Source: Cenarchaeum sp. (GTDB taxonomy: Archaea > Thermoproteota > Nitrososphaeria > Nitrososphaerales > Nitrosopumilaceae). Taken from it: a DNA stretch of 64,000 nt. Positions 9,649 to 19,520 of the stretch are shown here, in pieces (the first letter of the stretch is position 1; the number at the start of each line of letters is the position of its first letter). The notes under the pieces were generated by a model, which was not told where the DNA came from, searched no databases, and worked only from the letters and a program-made list of their open reading frames with translations. Position numbers and translations under genes: made by a program. The stretch covers positions 1,024,001 through 1,088,000 of the forward strand of contig OZ243037.1 in assembly GCA_965212015.1 (NCBI GenBank), read 5' to 3'.

Positions 9649-10606
9649 GGCCTTTTTTGGAGACTCGGCGGCGTATCAGCATCATTGCAACAGAGACGCA
9701 GCCGGCCAGCACGATTATGCCCTCGATCGTCTGCATCATGGAGTGCGAAAACGCGTCATTGACCGTCACAGAGTTGACATCGGCTATCAAAAACGCGTAT
9801 GAAAAGACGAAATAGTTGGCGGCCCAGTGTATGAGCAGCGCGGGCGCAAAGCCGTACCTAAAGTACACCCATCCCAGTATCAGCCCGCTTGCAGTGGCCT
9901 GGACGAACTTGCCGCCGCTCCACGACTCGCCAAAAACAACGTGCCCCGCCCCAAAGAGTATTGCAACTACGACTATCAGTGCGGCGATTTTTTTGTTCTC
10001 GTGCACGTGAAGGTGCCTGTACGGGTGCCAGAGCGACCTGAGGAGGTGCCTTGCTGACGCCCTGTGGGAATAAATCAGGTACGCCGGAATCCCTATCAGA
10101 ACCAGCCTGAATCCGACCTCTTCTGTTATTGGGGCCTGCATGACGCCAAGGAACTGCACCAGCCCGTTCTCAAAGGGAGGGGGCGCTGTGTCAACTCCGA
10201 GGTATTCCTGCACCCCGTATATCAGCGCGGATGCCAGGACCAGTATCGCAAACCACCGTATCATGCCGACCATATAGTTTGAGGCAGGCACGCCGCGGTG
10301 CATTGCCGATCCCAGCTCGGCGAACATGCTTTTCTTTGGCCCAAACACAGAGATTGCAAATACTATAGCATAGGCGCACCACAGTACAATGAATGCATCG
10401 CCAAGCTCAAGGTCAAGCGGCGCGGCAATCCAGCCGATTGGAAAGTCCAGGTTTTGCAGCGGGTACCGGTAGTTGATCTCGTCTCCAATCTCGGAATCAA
10501 ACACGACGTATGCGCCCACCGGAAACGAGATTATCATCAGGCCAAATATGATCGAGACTGACGCAGAAAACGGAATTCCCAGAGCCTGCAGGATCTTTTC
10601 TTGCAA
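9626..10606 (-). CDS. CPBP/CAAX-family intramembrane metalloprotease
   Basis: APITEEVGFR, FGAGH and HWAAN motifs; multiple TM segments; TTG start inferred. Confidence 0.88.
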   Translation of the reverse strand: MQEKILQALGIPFSASVSIIFGLMIISFPVGAYVVFDSEIGDEINYRYPLQNLDFPIGWIAAPLDLELGDAFIVLWCAYAIVFAISVFGPKKSMFAELGSAMHRGVPASNYMVGMIRWFAILVLASALIYGVQEYLGVDTAPPPFENGLVQFLGVMQAPITEEVGFRLVLIGIPAYLIYSHRASARHLLRSLWHPYRHLHVHENKKIAALIVVVAILFGAGHVVFGESWSGGKFVQATASGLILGWVYFRYGFAPALLIHWAANYFVFSYAFLIADVNSVTVNDAFSHSMMQTIEGIIVLAGCVSVAMMLIRRRVSKKGPRGLAPL

Positions 10607-10611
10607 TTCCG

Positions 10612-10920
10612 CTAGTGCAGCTCGATGCTGGATTCTGCAAACCCGAGGCGCACCAGCGTCTCCTTTATGGTGTCGCGGTGATCGCCCTGAAGGAAGACAT
10701 AGCCGTCCTTTGCGGTTCCGCCGCACGCATACTTGTTTTTTAGCTCCTTGGCGACGTTCTCCAGATTGTTCAGCTTTGGATCAAGGCCCTCAATCATGGT
10801 GCCCTTTTTCCTGAAACGGCGCGTCTCGAGTCTTACAATTATCTTGGTGCTGTCTTTAGCTAAATCACCACAAGCGCACAAATCTTCGGGAAGGCCACAC
10901 GTATTACAAATAACTGCCAT
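10612..10920 (-). CDS. translation initiation factor SUI1/aIF1
   Basis: CGLPEDLCAC, KELKNKYACGGT, LQGDHR. Confidence 0.96.
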   Translation of the reverse strand: MAVICNTCGLPEDLCACGDLAKDSTKIIVRLETRRFRKKGTMIEGLDPKLNNLENVAKELKNKYACGGTAKDGYVFLQGDHRDTIKETLVRLGFAESSIELH

Positions 10921-11193
10921 TCGTTCGAAATACATGCCGCATACACACTATTAAGCCTTATCTTGACGGCTGTGCAACCGGCGGCCGGCAGACATGGAAA
11001 TTTCTCCCAATTACGACAATCATGGGCATGGACAAACCCCGTATCGTAGTAGTAGAATGTGAATGGCAACCGGCGGGAGTCGTTGTTCATTTTCATATGC
11101 CCTTAATTTTGGTCTCCCGATGGGCATCGATCATGGGAACATAGACTCGCGCCATGGCAAACTTTTAACGCCCATTTACGCACATATTCACTG

Positions 11194-11703
11194 ATGGAAC
11201 AGCCTATTCCCAGACTGCCAAAAAATGCGCATAGTGTGGCCGGCCATATCATCCTGAACGGCAGGGAAAATTTCACGCCGCTTCAGATAAACAAACTCGT
11301 CTTTTTCAGCCACGGCTGGATGCTTGGAATACACGGCAGATCGCTCATAAAAGAAGAGATTGAAGCATGGAAGTACGGCCCGGTAATTCCTGCCATTTAT
11401 CACACATTCAAGGGGTATGGGGGTGAGTCTGTCAAAGCTGACGAATACTTTTCCATGAGTGACGGAAATTTGGATTGTGTAAGGGATGTGCTGAACAAGA
11501 TGTTTGATGAAAAGGACAAGGAGATTATGGATCAGGTAATTGATCTTTACGGGCCGTTAGCGGGGGCAAGGATGATCGCCATCACGCATGCCGAGGACAG
11601 TCCATGGTCGACGTATTATGATCCCGACCAGTCCTATACCCGGATTCCAAATCGTGCCATCGAGTCATACTATAAGGAAGAATTAAAGAAACGTGTCCAG
11701 TAA
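11194..11703 (+). CDS. Panacea-domain (DUF4065/SocA/GepA) antitoxin-like protein
   Basis: TPLQINKLVFFSHGW...LIKEEIEAWKYGPVIPAIYH...ITHAEDSPW signature. Confidence 0.9.
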   Translation: MEQPIPRLPKNAHSVAGHIILNGRENFTPLQINKLVFFSHGWMLGIHGRSLIKEEIEAWKYGPVIPAIYHTFKGYGGESVKADEYFSMSDGNLDCVRDVLNKMFDEKDKEIMDQVIDLYGPLAGARMIAITHAEDSPWSTYYDPDQSYTRIPNRAIESYYKEELKKRVQ

Positions 11704-11745
11704 GGGAATGGAGATTCCCCTACCCCATAAAATACGCCGACTGAT

Positions 11746-12000
11746 GTGGATAAAAAACAGGCAGACGAATATGGTGTCAAAGAATTAAGGGATACTCGAC
11801 GTAAGGTAGCCTCACAGTTGGCAAATACATGGATGGGTTTGACCGTATTTATCGTCTCATTTTTTGCCCTGATTACCATTCTTTTGGGCTTTAACGTGTG
11901 GGGTTTCCATATAGAGCATTTCAATTTAGGGATATTGGCAGGCGGCATGGCCGTATCTCCCATCGCCTTGAGAGTCATTCCGATCCTGCTAAAGGACTAG
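11746..12000 (+). CDS. small two-TM membrane protein, candidate toxin partner
   Basis: Charged N-terminus followed by two hydrophobic segments; directly downstream of the Panacea gene; start uncertain. Confidence 0.6.
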   Translation: MDKKQADEYGVKELRDTRRKVASQLANTWMGLTVFIVSFFALITILLGFNVWGFHIEHFNLGILAGGMAVSPIALRVIPILLKD

Positions 12001-12012
12001 ATTCACAATATT

Positions 12013-12198
12013 CGGCAGATTCCAGCTGCGAGCTTTATCGCAGTATCAAGTTTGTGCCCGCCTGCCAGAGCAGGGCGTAAATTTCGCATCACGGCAGTTG
12101 GGCGGAATGTGCGGCCCCCCGCACTGGCCGTGTCAACTGCCGGCGCCTGGTGCGGGTATGGCCATGGATTCGCAGGCACAAGGCACGCCTGTCTGCCG
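12013..12198. other. intergenic multi-stem structured element (candidate ncRNA or MITE)
   Basis: Nested complementary pairs CGGCAGA/TCTGCCG, TTGTGCC/GGCACAA, CGGCAGTTG/CAACTGCCG, GTGCGG/CCGCAC, CTGCGA/TCGCAG, CCTGC/GCAGG. Confidence 0.35.
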
Positions 12199-12238
12199 TC
12201 CAATGGATTTTTTATAGAACGGACAGTCCCATTGGATC

Positions 12239-12559
12239 ATGGCAGACGAGCTACGAAAAAAGGCAGTAGAGATGCTCCTAAACGGGGCCACGCTGCTAGC
12301 AGATCCGTGCCCGTACTGCAAGGGCGTAAGGGTCATGCAGGACGGCCACGCCCTGTGCGTCGGCTGCGGCAGGGAGCCAAAGGAGGCAGAAAAGGCCAAA
12401 GTGCAAAAGGAGGATCCGGTTAAAAGCCTGGAGAAAAAGCTGCAGGCGCTCAGCCAGGAGCTGGGCCAAGAGACGGACCACAAAAAACAGCAGGACATTC
12501 TAAAGTCCATGGACTCACTCGTGGGCGTCATCAACAAGATGAGGCAAAAGCCCGCATGA
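12239..12559 (+). CDS. Sjogren/scleroderma autoantigen p27-family Zn-ribbon protein
   Basis: MLLNGATLLADPCPYC...ALCVGC. Confidence 0.88.
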   Translation: MADELRKKAVEMLLNGATLLADPCPYCKGVRVMQDGHALCVGCGREPKEAEKAKVQKEDPVKSLEKKLQALSQELGQETDHKKQQDILKSMDSLVGVINKMRQKPA

Positions 12560-12749
12560 CTGGCATGCGACAGAACCCCGGACCAGACTGCGCAAAGAGA
12601 TGTAGTTTAAATGAGGCATAAAAGCCGGTACAGCATATGCCGTGTTTTCTATGTACGCTAGCGCCAAGTTCCGGCGTCGCGCCACCCGCCACAGGCAGGG
12701 CAGGCGCCTCGGGAACCGCCACGACGAGGATCAGGTAGGGCGTCTAGAA

Positions 12750-13652
12750 ATGGTTCGGGGCAATTATAAAAGCGAGGCAAACTGTATGCGGTGCGGAAAA
12801 AACTCCATGCTGACTGACGGCGAGACTGGCGAAAAATTCTGCCAGAAATGCGGCTATGTAATATCAGAAAAGACGGAGGATTCCGGCCCCGAATGGAGAT
12901 CGTTTTCCAAGGACGGCGGCACGGATCCCACGAGAACCGGGGCGCCAACATCCCTTACAATGCACGACAGGGGCCTGTCCACAAAGATCGGCGCAGTAAA
13001 CAGGGATTCGGCCGGAAAGCCGCTGTCCTCGTCGATGAAGAGCACCATAGAGAGGCTGCGGACGTGGGACAGCAGAAGCCAGTCCAGCCAGGCAGCCGAC
13101 AGGAACCTCAGGACGGCCCTGAGCGACCTGAGCAGGCTCAAGGACAAGCTTACAATATCGCCCAGCGTGATTGAAAAGTCCGCATACATTTACAGAAAGG
13201 CCATAGAAAAGGGCCTGGTGCGCGGCAGATCCATCTCTGGGCTGCTTGCCGCGTCGCTTTATGCAGCATGCAGGGAGACGGGCACGCCGCGGACGATAAA
13301 GGACATTGCCGATGCGGCCAACATAAAAAGAAAGGACATTGCAAGGTGCTACAGGCTGCTGCACTATGAGCTGGAGCTCAAAATGCCCGTCACCGACTCG
13401 ATTCAGTGCGTTGCAAGGATTGCAAGCACCATAAACATTTCAGAAAAGACCAAGCGGTACGCCACCATTGTGCTAAAAAAAGCGCAAAAAAACGAGGAAT
13501 CGGCAGGCAAGGATCCGATGGGCCTGGCAGCTGCTGCGCTGTATCTGGCATGCGTCAAAAACGGCGAGGATAGGACCCAGAGGGACATAGCCGAGGCGGC
13601 AAACGTGACTGAGGTCACCATACGGAACAGGTACAAGGGGCTAAAGGAGTAG
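12750..13652 (+). CDS. tfb: transcription initiation factor IIB (second paralogue)
   Basis: CMRC...CQKCG, GPEWRSF, cyclin repeats; ATG at 12750 chosen by comparison with the first TFB. Confidence 0.97.
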   Translation: MVRGNYKSEANCMRCGKNSMLTDGETGEKFCQKCGYVISEKTEDSGPEWRSFSKDGGTDPTRTGAPTSLTMHDRGLSTKIGAVNRDSAGKPLSSSMKSTIERLRTWDSRSQSSQAADRNLRTALSDLSRLKDKLTISPSVIEKSAYIYRKAIEKGLVRGRSISGLLAASLYAACRETGTPRTIKDIADAANIKRKDIARCYRLLHYELELKMPVTDSIQCVARIASTINISEKTKRYATIVLKKAQKNEESAGKDPMGLAAAALYLACVKNGEDRTQRDIAEAANVTEVTIRNRYKGLKE

Positions 13653-13713
13653 GGGCCCGAGATCCGGCATCGTGAAAAGTTTTTAAGTAAAAATCATTCC
13701 TGATTATCTGACC

Positions 13714-13881
13714 ATGAGTAGCAAAAAGAAGGGTGCGCCGCTGCCGGCGTCAAGCGCGGGCCTGCTGAGGTTCTTTGAGGACGAGACCAAGGGCTTCAAG
13801 ATCGACCCAAAGATAGTAGTCTCCATCCCGATCAGCCTGATAGTCCTGTCCTGGCTTATGGACAAGTTCCTGATCACGTGA
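13714..13881 (+). CDS. secG: preprotein translocase subunit Sec61beta (55 aa)
   Basis: Manual translation MSSKKKGAPLPASSAGLLRFFEDETKGFKIDPKIVV..., with the SAGLLRFF motif and one TM; below the ORF-track cutoff. Confidence 0.93.
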   Translation: MSSKKKGAPLPASSAGLLRFFEDETKGFKIDPKIVVSIPISLIVLSWLMDKFLIT

Positions 13882-13888
13882 TGCCGAA

Positions 13889-15628
13889 ATGACAGAGTCC
13901 TTTGGCGACGTATCGAGGATACACAGCAAATATTCCGTAACGCTGTTTACTCCATCATCGTACTATCTGTCGCTTGCGATATCAGTCCTGCTGGCGTGCG
14001 CCATAGTAGCGGCGACATACCTGGGATACCTGCAGGACGGCGACGTCCTTATTCCCATGGCCTCAGTAGTCGCAGTCCTGGTCGCATCGCAGCTGCTCGA
14101 CTCTAGGTTCATCAGGAACAAGGAATACTCTAAAGTGCTGCACCTGTCGCTGTTTGGCAACCTGATCTGGTTTTTGATCTGCATGACCGGAATTGCCGCG
14201 TTTTACGTACTTGCAAAGCCAGAGCCGCCGCTGTTCTATGTCACGCTGGGCGCGTTTATCTTTGCAAGCTTTAGGATAGGCATATTCACCACCACCCTTG
14301 GCGTAAGCCTGAGGAGGGCGTGGGCCCTGTGTCTCATCCAGCCGATCGGAATGCTCGTAGCAATGGTGCCGGCTGGACTCGAGTCGGTGCTGTATGATCC
14401 CGTGGCACTGGGGTACGGCACTGCGTTTCTGATAATCGCCACGGTCTGGTCGTATCTTACGGACAAGGCAGGAAGGCCGCACATACAGAGCACGCACAAG
14501 CTGGTGCAGGCATACCTTTCCTCGCGCCGCAACGATTACTCGGAGATCGAGACCATGATAGAGGGGTGCTCAAAGCAGTCCAGGGTGTCGACATCGCAGA
14601 TCAGGCTGCAGACAAGCGACGGAAAGACCGACGTCAGGCTGGTGCTGCCGGAAATTCATCCGGGCCCGTACCACCCGATAGGCGGAAGCAACATACCGTA
14701 TCTGATCTACAAGAATCTCGACTCGTCGGCAATCGTAATGCACAGCATCTCTGATCACGCACTCAACCTTCCCTCAAAACAGCAGGTGGAAAACTATCTT
14801 GAGAGCCTCTCAGATAGCGACATCTCGCAGGAGGGCCTCACGTGTACAGAGCCTGTCACGGTCCAGATAAACAAGGCAAGGGTAGTCGGCCTGCTTTTTG
14901 GAAAAAACGTCCTGCTGTTCATGTCGCTCTCACCGCACGGAATGGAGGATCTTCCAAGCTATATCAAAAGCGAGATCGACCAGTACTCAAAGAACCGCAA
15001 CTTTGAGCGCACGATGCTGGTGGACTGCCACAACGCGATGGGAAAGGAGATCTCAAAGATGGACTCCGAGGACATGCTAAAGGCCGCAAAGTCGTGCCTC
15101 GACACGATGATAACCAAGGAGAGCTATAGGCTAGAGTTCGGATACGCCAACTCAAAGTCGATGGACCTGCAGGCCTCCGACCTGGGGCTGGGCGGGCTCG
15201 GGATACTGTGCCTAAAGGTAAACGGCAAAAAGTACTTTTTTGGCTGGGCCGACTCGAACAATATGGAAAACGGGGTGCGCGAGTTTGTCGTCTCGCATCT
15301 TGAGAAAAGCGGATACAGGCTCTTGGAGATCTGCACGTCAGACACCCACTTTACGCAGACGCTGGTCAGGACAAAGCAGGGGTACTATCAGTTCGGACTG
15401 GTGACAAAAAAGGAAAAGATCGCCGACTGGTACTTGCAGATTGCAAGGCACGCAGACCGGATTGTAAAGCCCGCCGCGTTTGAAATACTGGAAAACCACA
15501 CGCAGGTGAAAATCATGGGCCCAAAGATCTTTGAGGACTATACAAAGGCGATGGACAACTCGCTGCGCCTGACAAAGACGTTTATGACATGCAGCATGAT
15601 ACTGTTCGTGTCTAGTCTTTTTTTATAG
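13889..15628 (+). CDS. DUF2070-family membrane protein
   Basis: N-terminal multi-TM region; IHPGP, VDCHN, DSNNM and TSDTH motifs. Confidence 0.85.
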   Translation: MTESFGDVSRIHSKYSVTLFTPSSYYLSLAISVLLACAIVAATYLGYLQDGDVLIPMASVVAVLVASQLLDSRFIRNKEYSKVLHLSLFGNLIWFLICMTGIAAFYVLAKPEPPLFYVTLGAFIFASFRIGIFTTTLGVSLRRAWALCLIQPIGMLVAMVPAGLESVLYDPVALGYGTAFLIIATVWSYLTDKAGRPHIQSTHKLVQAYLSSRRNDYSEIETMIEGCSKQSRVSTSQIRLQTSDGKTDVRLVLPEIHPGPYHPIGGSNIPYLIYKNLDSSAIVMHSISDHALNLPSKQQVENYLESLSDSDISQEGLTCTEPVTVQINKARVVGLLFGKNVLLFMSLSPHGMEDLPSYIKSEIDQYSKNRNFERTMLVDCHNAMGKEISKMDSEDMLKAAKSCLDTMITKESYRLEFGYANSKSMDLQASDLGLGGLGILCLKVNGKKYFFGWADSNNMENGVREFVVSHLEKSGYRLLEICTSDTHFTQTLVRTKQGYYQFGLVTKKEKIADWYLQIARHADRIVKPAAFEILENHTQVKIMGPKIFEDYTKAMDNSLRLTKTFMTCSMILFVSSLFL

Positions 15629-16238
15629 TCCTCATCCCGTCCATGTTGCCGTAAAACTCGTCGACAAACGACGAGAACTGGAATATCGGGACTATCGGAA
15701 CCCCGTCTATAAAGCCGACTGCGTCCCGGTACAGCGTCACTATAACCGGCGCTGCGACTGCACCGGGAGTAGAGTCCACATAGTGCCTGGTCCTTTGGAT
15801 CTGCTTTTGGACCATCGTCCTTAGCGCAGAGTCGCTGTTTTTCCTCCAGTGCTTGCAGTCAATGAGCATGGCTACTCCGTGCTTTATTCCCACCACGTCG
15901 ATCTCCATGCGCGGTTTTTTAAGCACCAGGTTTCTCATCGTGGCAAAGCCCTTTTCCCCCAGTATCTGGGCGGCGAGCCCCTCAAAATCCCGCCAGCCCA
16001 GCTTTTCGGCTACGGCATCAATTGCCGCCCCGCGCTCCAGGGCGAGTATGGCCGCCCTCAGGCGGTCGGCCTCGGAAAAATCAAACACGCGGCCGTCCGT
16101 GCTGCCAATGCCGTGTCTTACCAGATCACACAGGACTGCTTTTGCGGCGGCCCGATCGATTCCCGCAGCAGCCGCAAAATCCGCCACCGATACTCCCCCC
16201 GGGATTATCCCCGGAATATAGCAGTGTATGTCACGCAT
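15612..16238 (-). CDS. Mrr-like PD-(D/E)xK nuclease-domain protein
   Basis: WRDFE...EIDVVG...IDCKHW; start uncertain. Confidence 0.8.
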   Translation of the reverse strand: MRDIHCYIPGIIPGGVSVADFAAAAGIDRAAAKAVLCDLVRHGIGSTDGRVFDFSEADRLRAAILALERGAAIDAVAEKLGWRDFEGLAAQILGEKGFATMRNLVLKKPRMEIDVVGIKHGVAMLIDCKHWRKNSDSALRTMVQKQIQRTRHYVDSTPGAVAAPVIVTLYRDAVGFIDGVPIVPIFQFSSFVDEFYGNMDGMRTIKKD

Positions 16239-16334
16239 TGCAGATTCCAAGCAATGTGATTCAGATAAATGTTTTATAAAAAAATCCGCGCAGGCATTCG
16301 CATAGACCATTACATGAAAGACCTTTAACTAGAA

Positions 16335-18806
16335 TTGCCCCGAGTCTGGCTGATGAGGCTATTGCTGGCGTGCATGGTGCTGCTTGTCGCCCCGGCGGTA
16401 CCGGCCCTTGCAGAAAAGGGGACGTACGTGGACAGCGTACAGTTCATCCAGTACCTGGATGAAAACACCGCACTGGAGCAGGTCAGGAACGGAAACCTTG
16501 ACATGTACTATTACAGGATTTCATCAGACCGGCTGGAGAGCCCCAAGGACAGGGAGGGCATACAGGTCTTTGACTCGACGGGCGGCTCGTACAGCCTGCT
16601 TGTGAATCCGGCGGCATCAAAAGAGTTCAACCCGTTTTCAATAAAGGAGGTCAGGTACGCCCTGAACTATCTGGTGGACAGAAAGTTAATAGTAAATGAG
16701 CTCATGGGCGGCTTTGGGACCGTAATGATCTCCAATTACGGCCCGTATGACCCCGACTATCTTGCGATTCTAGAGCAGACAGAGTCGTTTAACTTCAAGT
16801 ACAACCCGTCGCTGGCAGGGGAGATCATAGGCGGGTCGCTTCGCGACGCAGGCGCAGGCCAGTCAGACGGCCAGTGGAGAATGGACGGCGCGCCCATAGA
16901 GATATCCGTGTTTATTCGCAGCGACGATCCAATAAGAAAGTCAATCGGCGAGCTCTTGGCCTCTGAGCTAGAGTCGCTGGGGTTTGCCGTGAAAAGGGAC
17001 TATGGCGATCTGAACAAGGCATTCGTTATAGTGTATGGCTCTGATCCGTCTGAGCTAAAGTGGTCCGTATACACCGAGGGGTGGGCCGGACGGTCGGCGT
17101 TTGTAAGGTATGACTCGCTGGGGCTCAGCCAGATGTACTCGCCGTGGTTCTCCAACATGCCGGGATTCAACGATCCCTCGTACTGGAACTATGAGAACGA
17201 CCGGCTGGATTCGCTGACCCAGAAAATCTATACCGGAAATTTCAGCACGCCGCAGGAGAGGGCAGGACTAATCCAGGACGCCACTATAGAGGGAATCGGC
17301 GAGTCGGTGCGGATTTTTCTGGCAGGCACGATCAACCGGTACGTGGCAAACGACGGTGTTGACGGCGTGATAAACGACTTTGGCGCAGGCGTGCCAGGCA
17401 GGTTTACGCCCATCAATTCAAGGTCGGATTCTGACTCGCTTGCGATCGGCGTAAAGCACATCTATCAGGGGGCGTGGAATCCCGTGGTGGGCATGAGTGA
17501 CGTGTACAGCAGGTACATCTGGGACGCGCTCTTTGATCCCGGCGTCTTCAAGCACCCGTATACGGGCAAGAGCTTTCCTGTCCGCACCGACTGGCATACA
17601 GAGACTGCCGGACCGGACGGAAAGATAATGGTGCCCAGCGATGCGATAATCTGGAATGTCCAGGAACAGCGGTGGCTAAAAGTACCTGCGGGAACGCAGG
17701 CGACAAGCAAGGTTACCTTTGATCTCCTGCTGGGCGACTGGCACCACGGGCGGCCAATGGAGATGAGCGACGTGCTGTATTCGCTGTACTTTACGCTAGA
17801 GTGGGGCTCTGAGCAGCAAAAAGGCGACAGGACGTTTGATGCAGAATACACCCCCAGGGCAGCACAGCTGGTAAACACGCTGGTGGGCATAAGGCCGATA
17901 GATGCGGACACCATCGAGGTTTACACGGACTATTGGCACTTTGACGAGTCAGAGATTGCACACTGGGCGTCAGTCTGGAGCTCCACGCCGTGGGAGATTC
18001 AGGCGGCAATGGAGCAGGCCGTAATCGACGGCAAGGCGGCATTTTCGCGCTCTTCGGCAACAAGCAAGGGGATAAACTGGCTTTCTCTTATTGTCCCGCG
18101 CGATGCGGCGATAATCAGGGAGGGCATTGCGCAGCTACGGGACTCGGGGAGCGTTCCAAGGCCGCTGGAGGGATTCGTCGCAGGCGACGGCCACATACAA
18201 AGATACCAGGCATCACTGGAATGGATAGACGCGAATAATCACGCAGTGATCAGCAACGGGCCGTTTTATCTGGACAGGTATTCCCCAGAGTCAAGGACGA
18301 TTCAGATCAACGCGTTTGCAGACGACTCGTACCCGTTTGGCGCCGGATACTGGGGCGAATTCGAGCATGTCAGATTCCCAAGGATCACCGGCGTGTCCGT
18401 GCCGGATCTAGTCCGGATAGGCCAGACAGTATCCATACCGGTATCCACAGAATATGCCTCGAGGCTGCATTATTTTTTCACAAACACGACGGGCTCGCAC
18501 GTCTCATCGGGTATAATAGAGATAGAGTCAGACTCGGCCCTGCTGGTGCTGACCGGAGCCCAAAGCAGGCTTTTGGGCGGCGGCGCAAATGATCTAAAGC
18601 TGTTTGCAGTGTCCGATGACGTCCTGAGGCCGGACGGCTATGCCACCAGCTTTTTTGCGACAGACGCCATCACAGAGCTTCCCGCAGTCCGGACGGATCC
18701 GCAAAAAGAGCAGCCAGAGACACAGTACGCCCCGGCAATAGTGGCGGTTCTGGCGGCTGTTGCGATAGTTTTTGCACTCCTCAGGTTCCGCAGATCTAGC
18801 ACTTGA
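16335..18806 (+). CDS. ABC transporter substrate-binding protein, family 5 (peptide/nickel)
   Basis: Signal peptide, NPFSIKEVRYALNYLVDR, SNGPFYL, C-terminal TM anchor. Confidence 0.9.
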   Translation: MPRVWLMRLLLACMVLLVAPAVPALAEKGTYVDSVQFIQYLDENTALEQVRNGNLDMYYYRISSDRLESPKDREGIQVFDSTGGSYSLLVNPAASKEFNPFSIKEVRYALNYLVDRKLIVNELMGGFGTVMISNYGPYDPDYLAILEQTESFNFKYNPSLAGEIIGGSLRDAGAGQSDGQWRMDGAPIEISVFIRSDDPIRKSIGELLASELESLGFAVKRDYGDLNKAFVIVYGSDPSELKWSVYTEGWAGRSAFVRYDSLGLSQMYSPWFSNMPGFNDPSYWNYENDRLDSLTQKIYTGNFSTPQERAGLIQDATIEGIGESVRIFLAGTINRYVANDGVDGVINDFGAGVPGRFTPINSRSDSDSLAIGVKHIYQGAWNPVVGMSDVYSRYIWDALFDPGVFKHPYTGKSFPVRTDWHTETAGPDGKIMVPSDAIIWNVQEQRWLKVPAGTQATSKVTFDLLLGDWHHGRPMEMSDVLYSLYFTLEWGSEQQKGDRTFDAEYTPRAAQLVNTLVGIRPIDADTIEVYTDYWHFDESEIAHWASVWSSTPWEIQAAMEQAVIDGKAAFSRSSATSKGINWLSLIVPRDAAIIREGIAQLRDSGSVPRPLEGFVAGDGHIQRYQASLEWIDANNHAVISNGPFYLDRYSPESRTIQINAFADDSYPFGAGYWGEFEHVRFPRITGVSVPDLVRIGQTVSIPVSTEYASRLHYFFTNTTGSHVSSGIIEIESDSALLVLTGAQSRLLGGGANDLKLFAVSDDVLRPDGYATSFFATDAITELPAVRTDPQKEQPETQYAPAIVAVLAAVAIVFALLRFRRSST

Positions 18807-19449
18807 GGCCTATTACAAACAGCGTTCCAAAATCCCGCCTCCATTTTTTACTGCTTGCGGGATCCCTTATCTGCACGGACCTGGTTTGAAACCCCGCACC
18901 GGCAAGCGCCATTTTCCACTCTGCCCGCGACAGCAGATGCATCCGCAGGCCCGTCATCTCTGGCCAGTCCGACGTGGCCTTGTTGTCCCTGTAAAAATCC
19001 GTGCCGCAAAAAAACTCGCCGCCGTCATTTAGCATCCGGAACACCTTTGCGACTGATTTTTGCACGGAATCCGAATAGTATATCGACTCCATGGCAAAGG
19101 CATAGTCGAATGTCCCGCCGTACCCCCACGACTCGATGCCAGTCTCCACGTACAGCTCCTTTTTGGAGCGGGACTTTGATCTTGCGATTTTGATCATGTT
19201 TTTGCTCTTGTCTATTCCCACCGCCCTGGTGCACTTTTCCAGCCCAGAGACTGCCCTTACCACCCAGCCGTTGCCGCACCCTATATCCAGAAAGGAGAAC
19301 GGCCGCTCAAAGGGGACAGACCGCAGCAGCTTCATGACGCTTTTGCCGTGTTCTGCCTCCATGCGCTCTGAGCGCCCGTCTAGCGCCCACTCATCGAAGG
19401 TCCTGCCCACCTTGTCCGTCGCACGGTGTTTTTGTTTGTCATGATTCAA
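18796..19449 (-). CDS. class I SAM-dependent methyltransferase
   Basis: FLDIGCGNG motif I, GIDKS, FDYAFAMESIYY; start inferred. Confidence 0.9.
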   Translation of the reverse strand: MNHDKQKHRATDKVGRTFDEWALDGRSERMEAEHGKSVMKLLRSVPFERPFSFLDIGCGNGWVVRAVSGLEKCTRAVGIDKSKNMIKIARSKSRSKKELYVETGIESWGYGGTFDYAFAMESIYYSDSVQKSVAKVFRMLNDGGEFFCGTDFYRDNKATSDWPEMTGLRMHLLSRAEWKMALAGAGFQTRSVQIRDPASSKKWRRDFGTLFVIGLKC

Positions 19450-19520
19450 AGTATCGATTCTGTCCAGATAGAAGCAATGATGCCCAAGTTTTAAGTATGT
19501 CCGGTTGCGGTTGAATCGTA

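Noticed and set aside
15612-16238. Mrr-like nuclease as part of a defence island
   Set aside because: Core-like GC content, embedded among housekeeping genes, with no MTase or mobile context.
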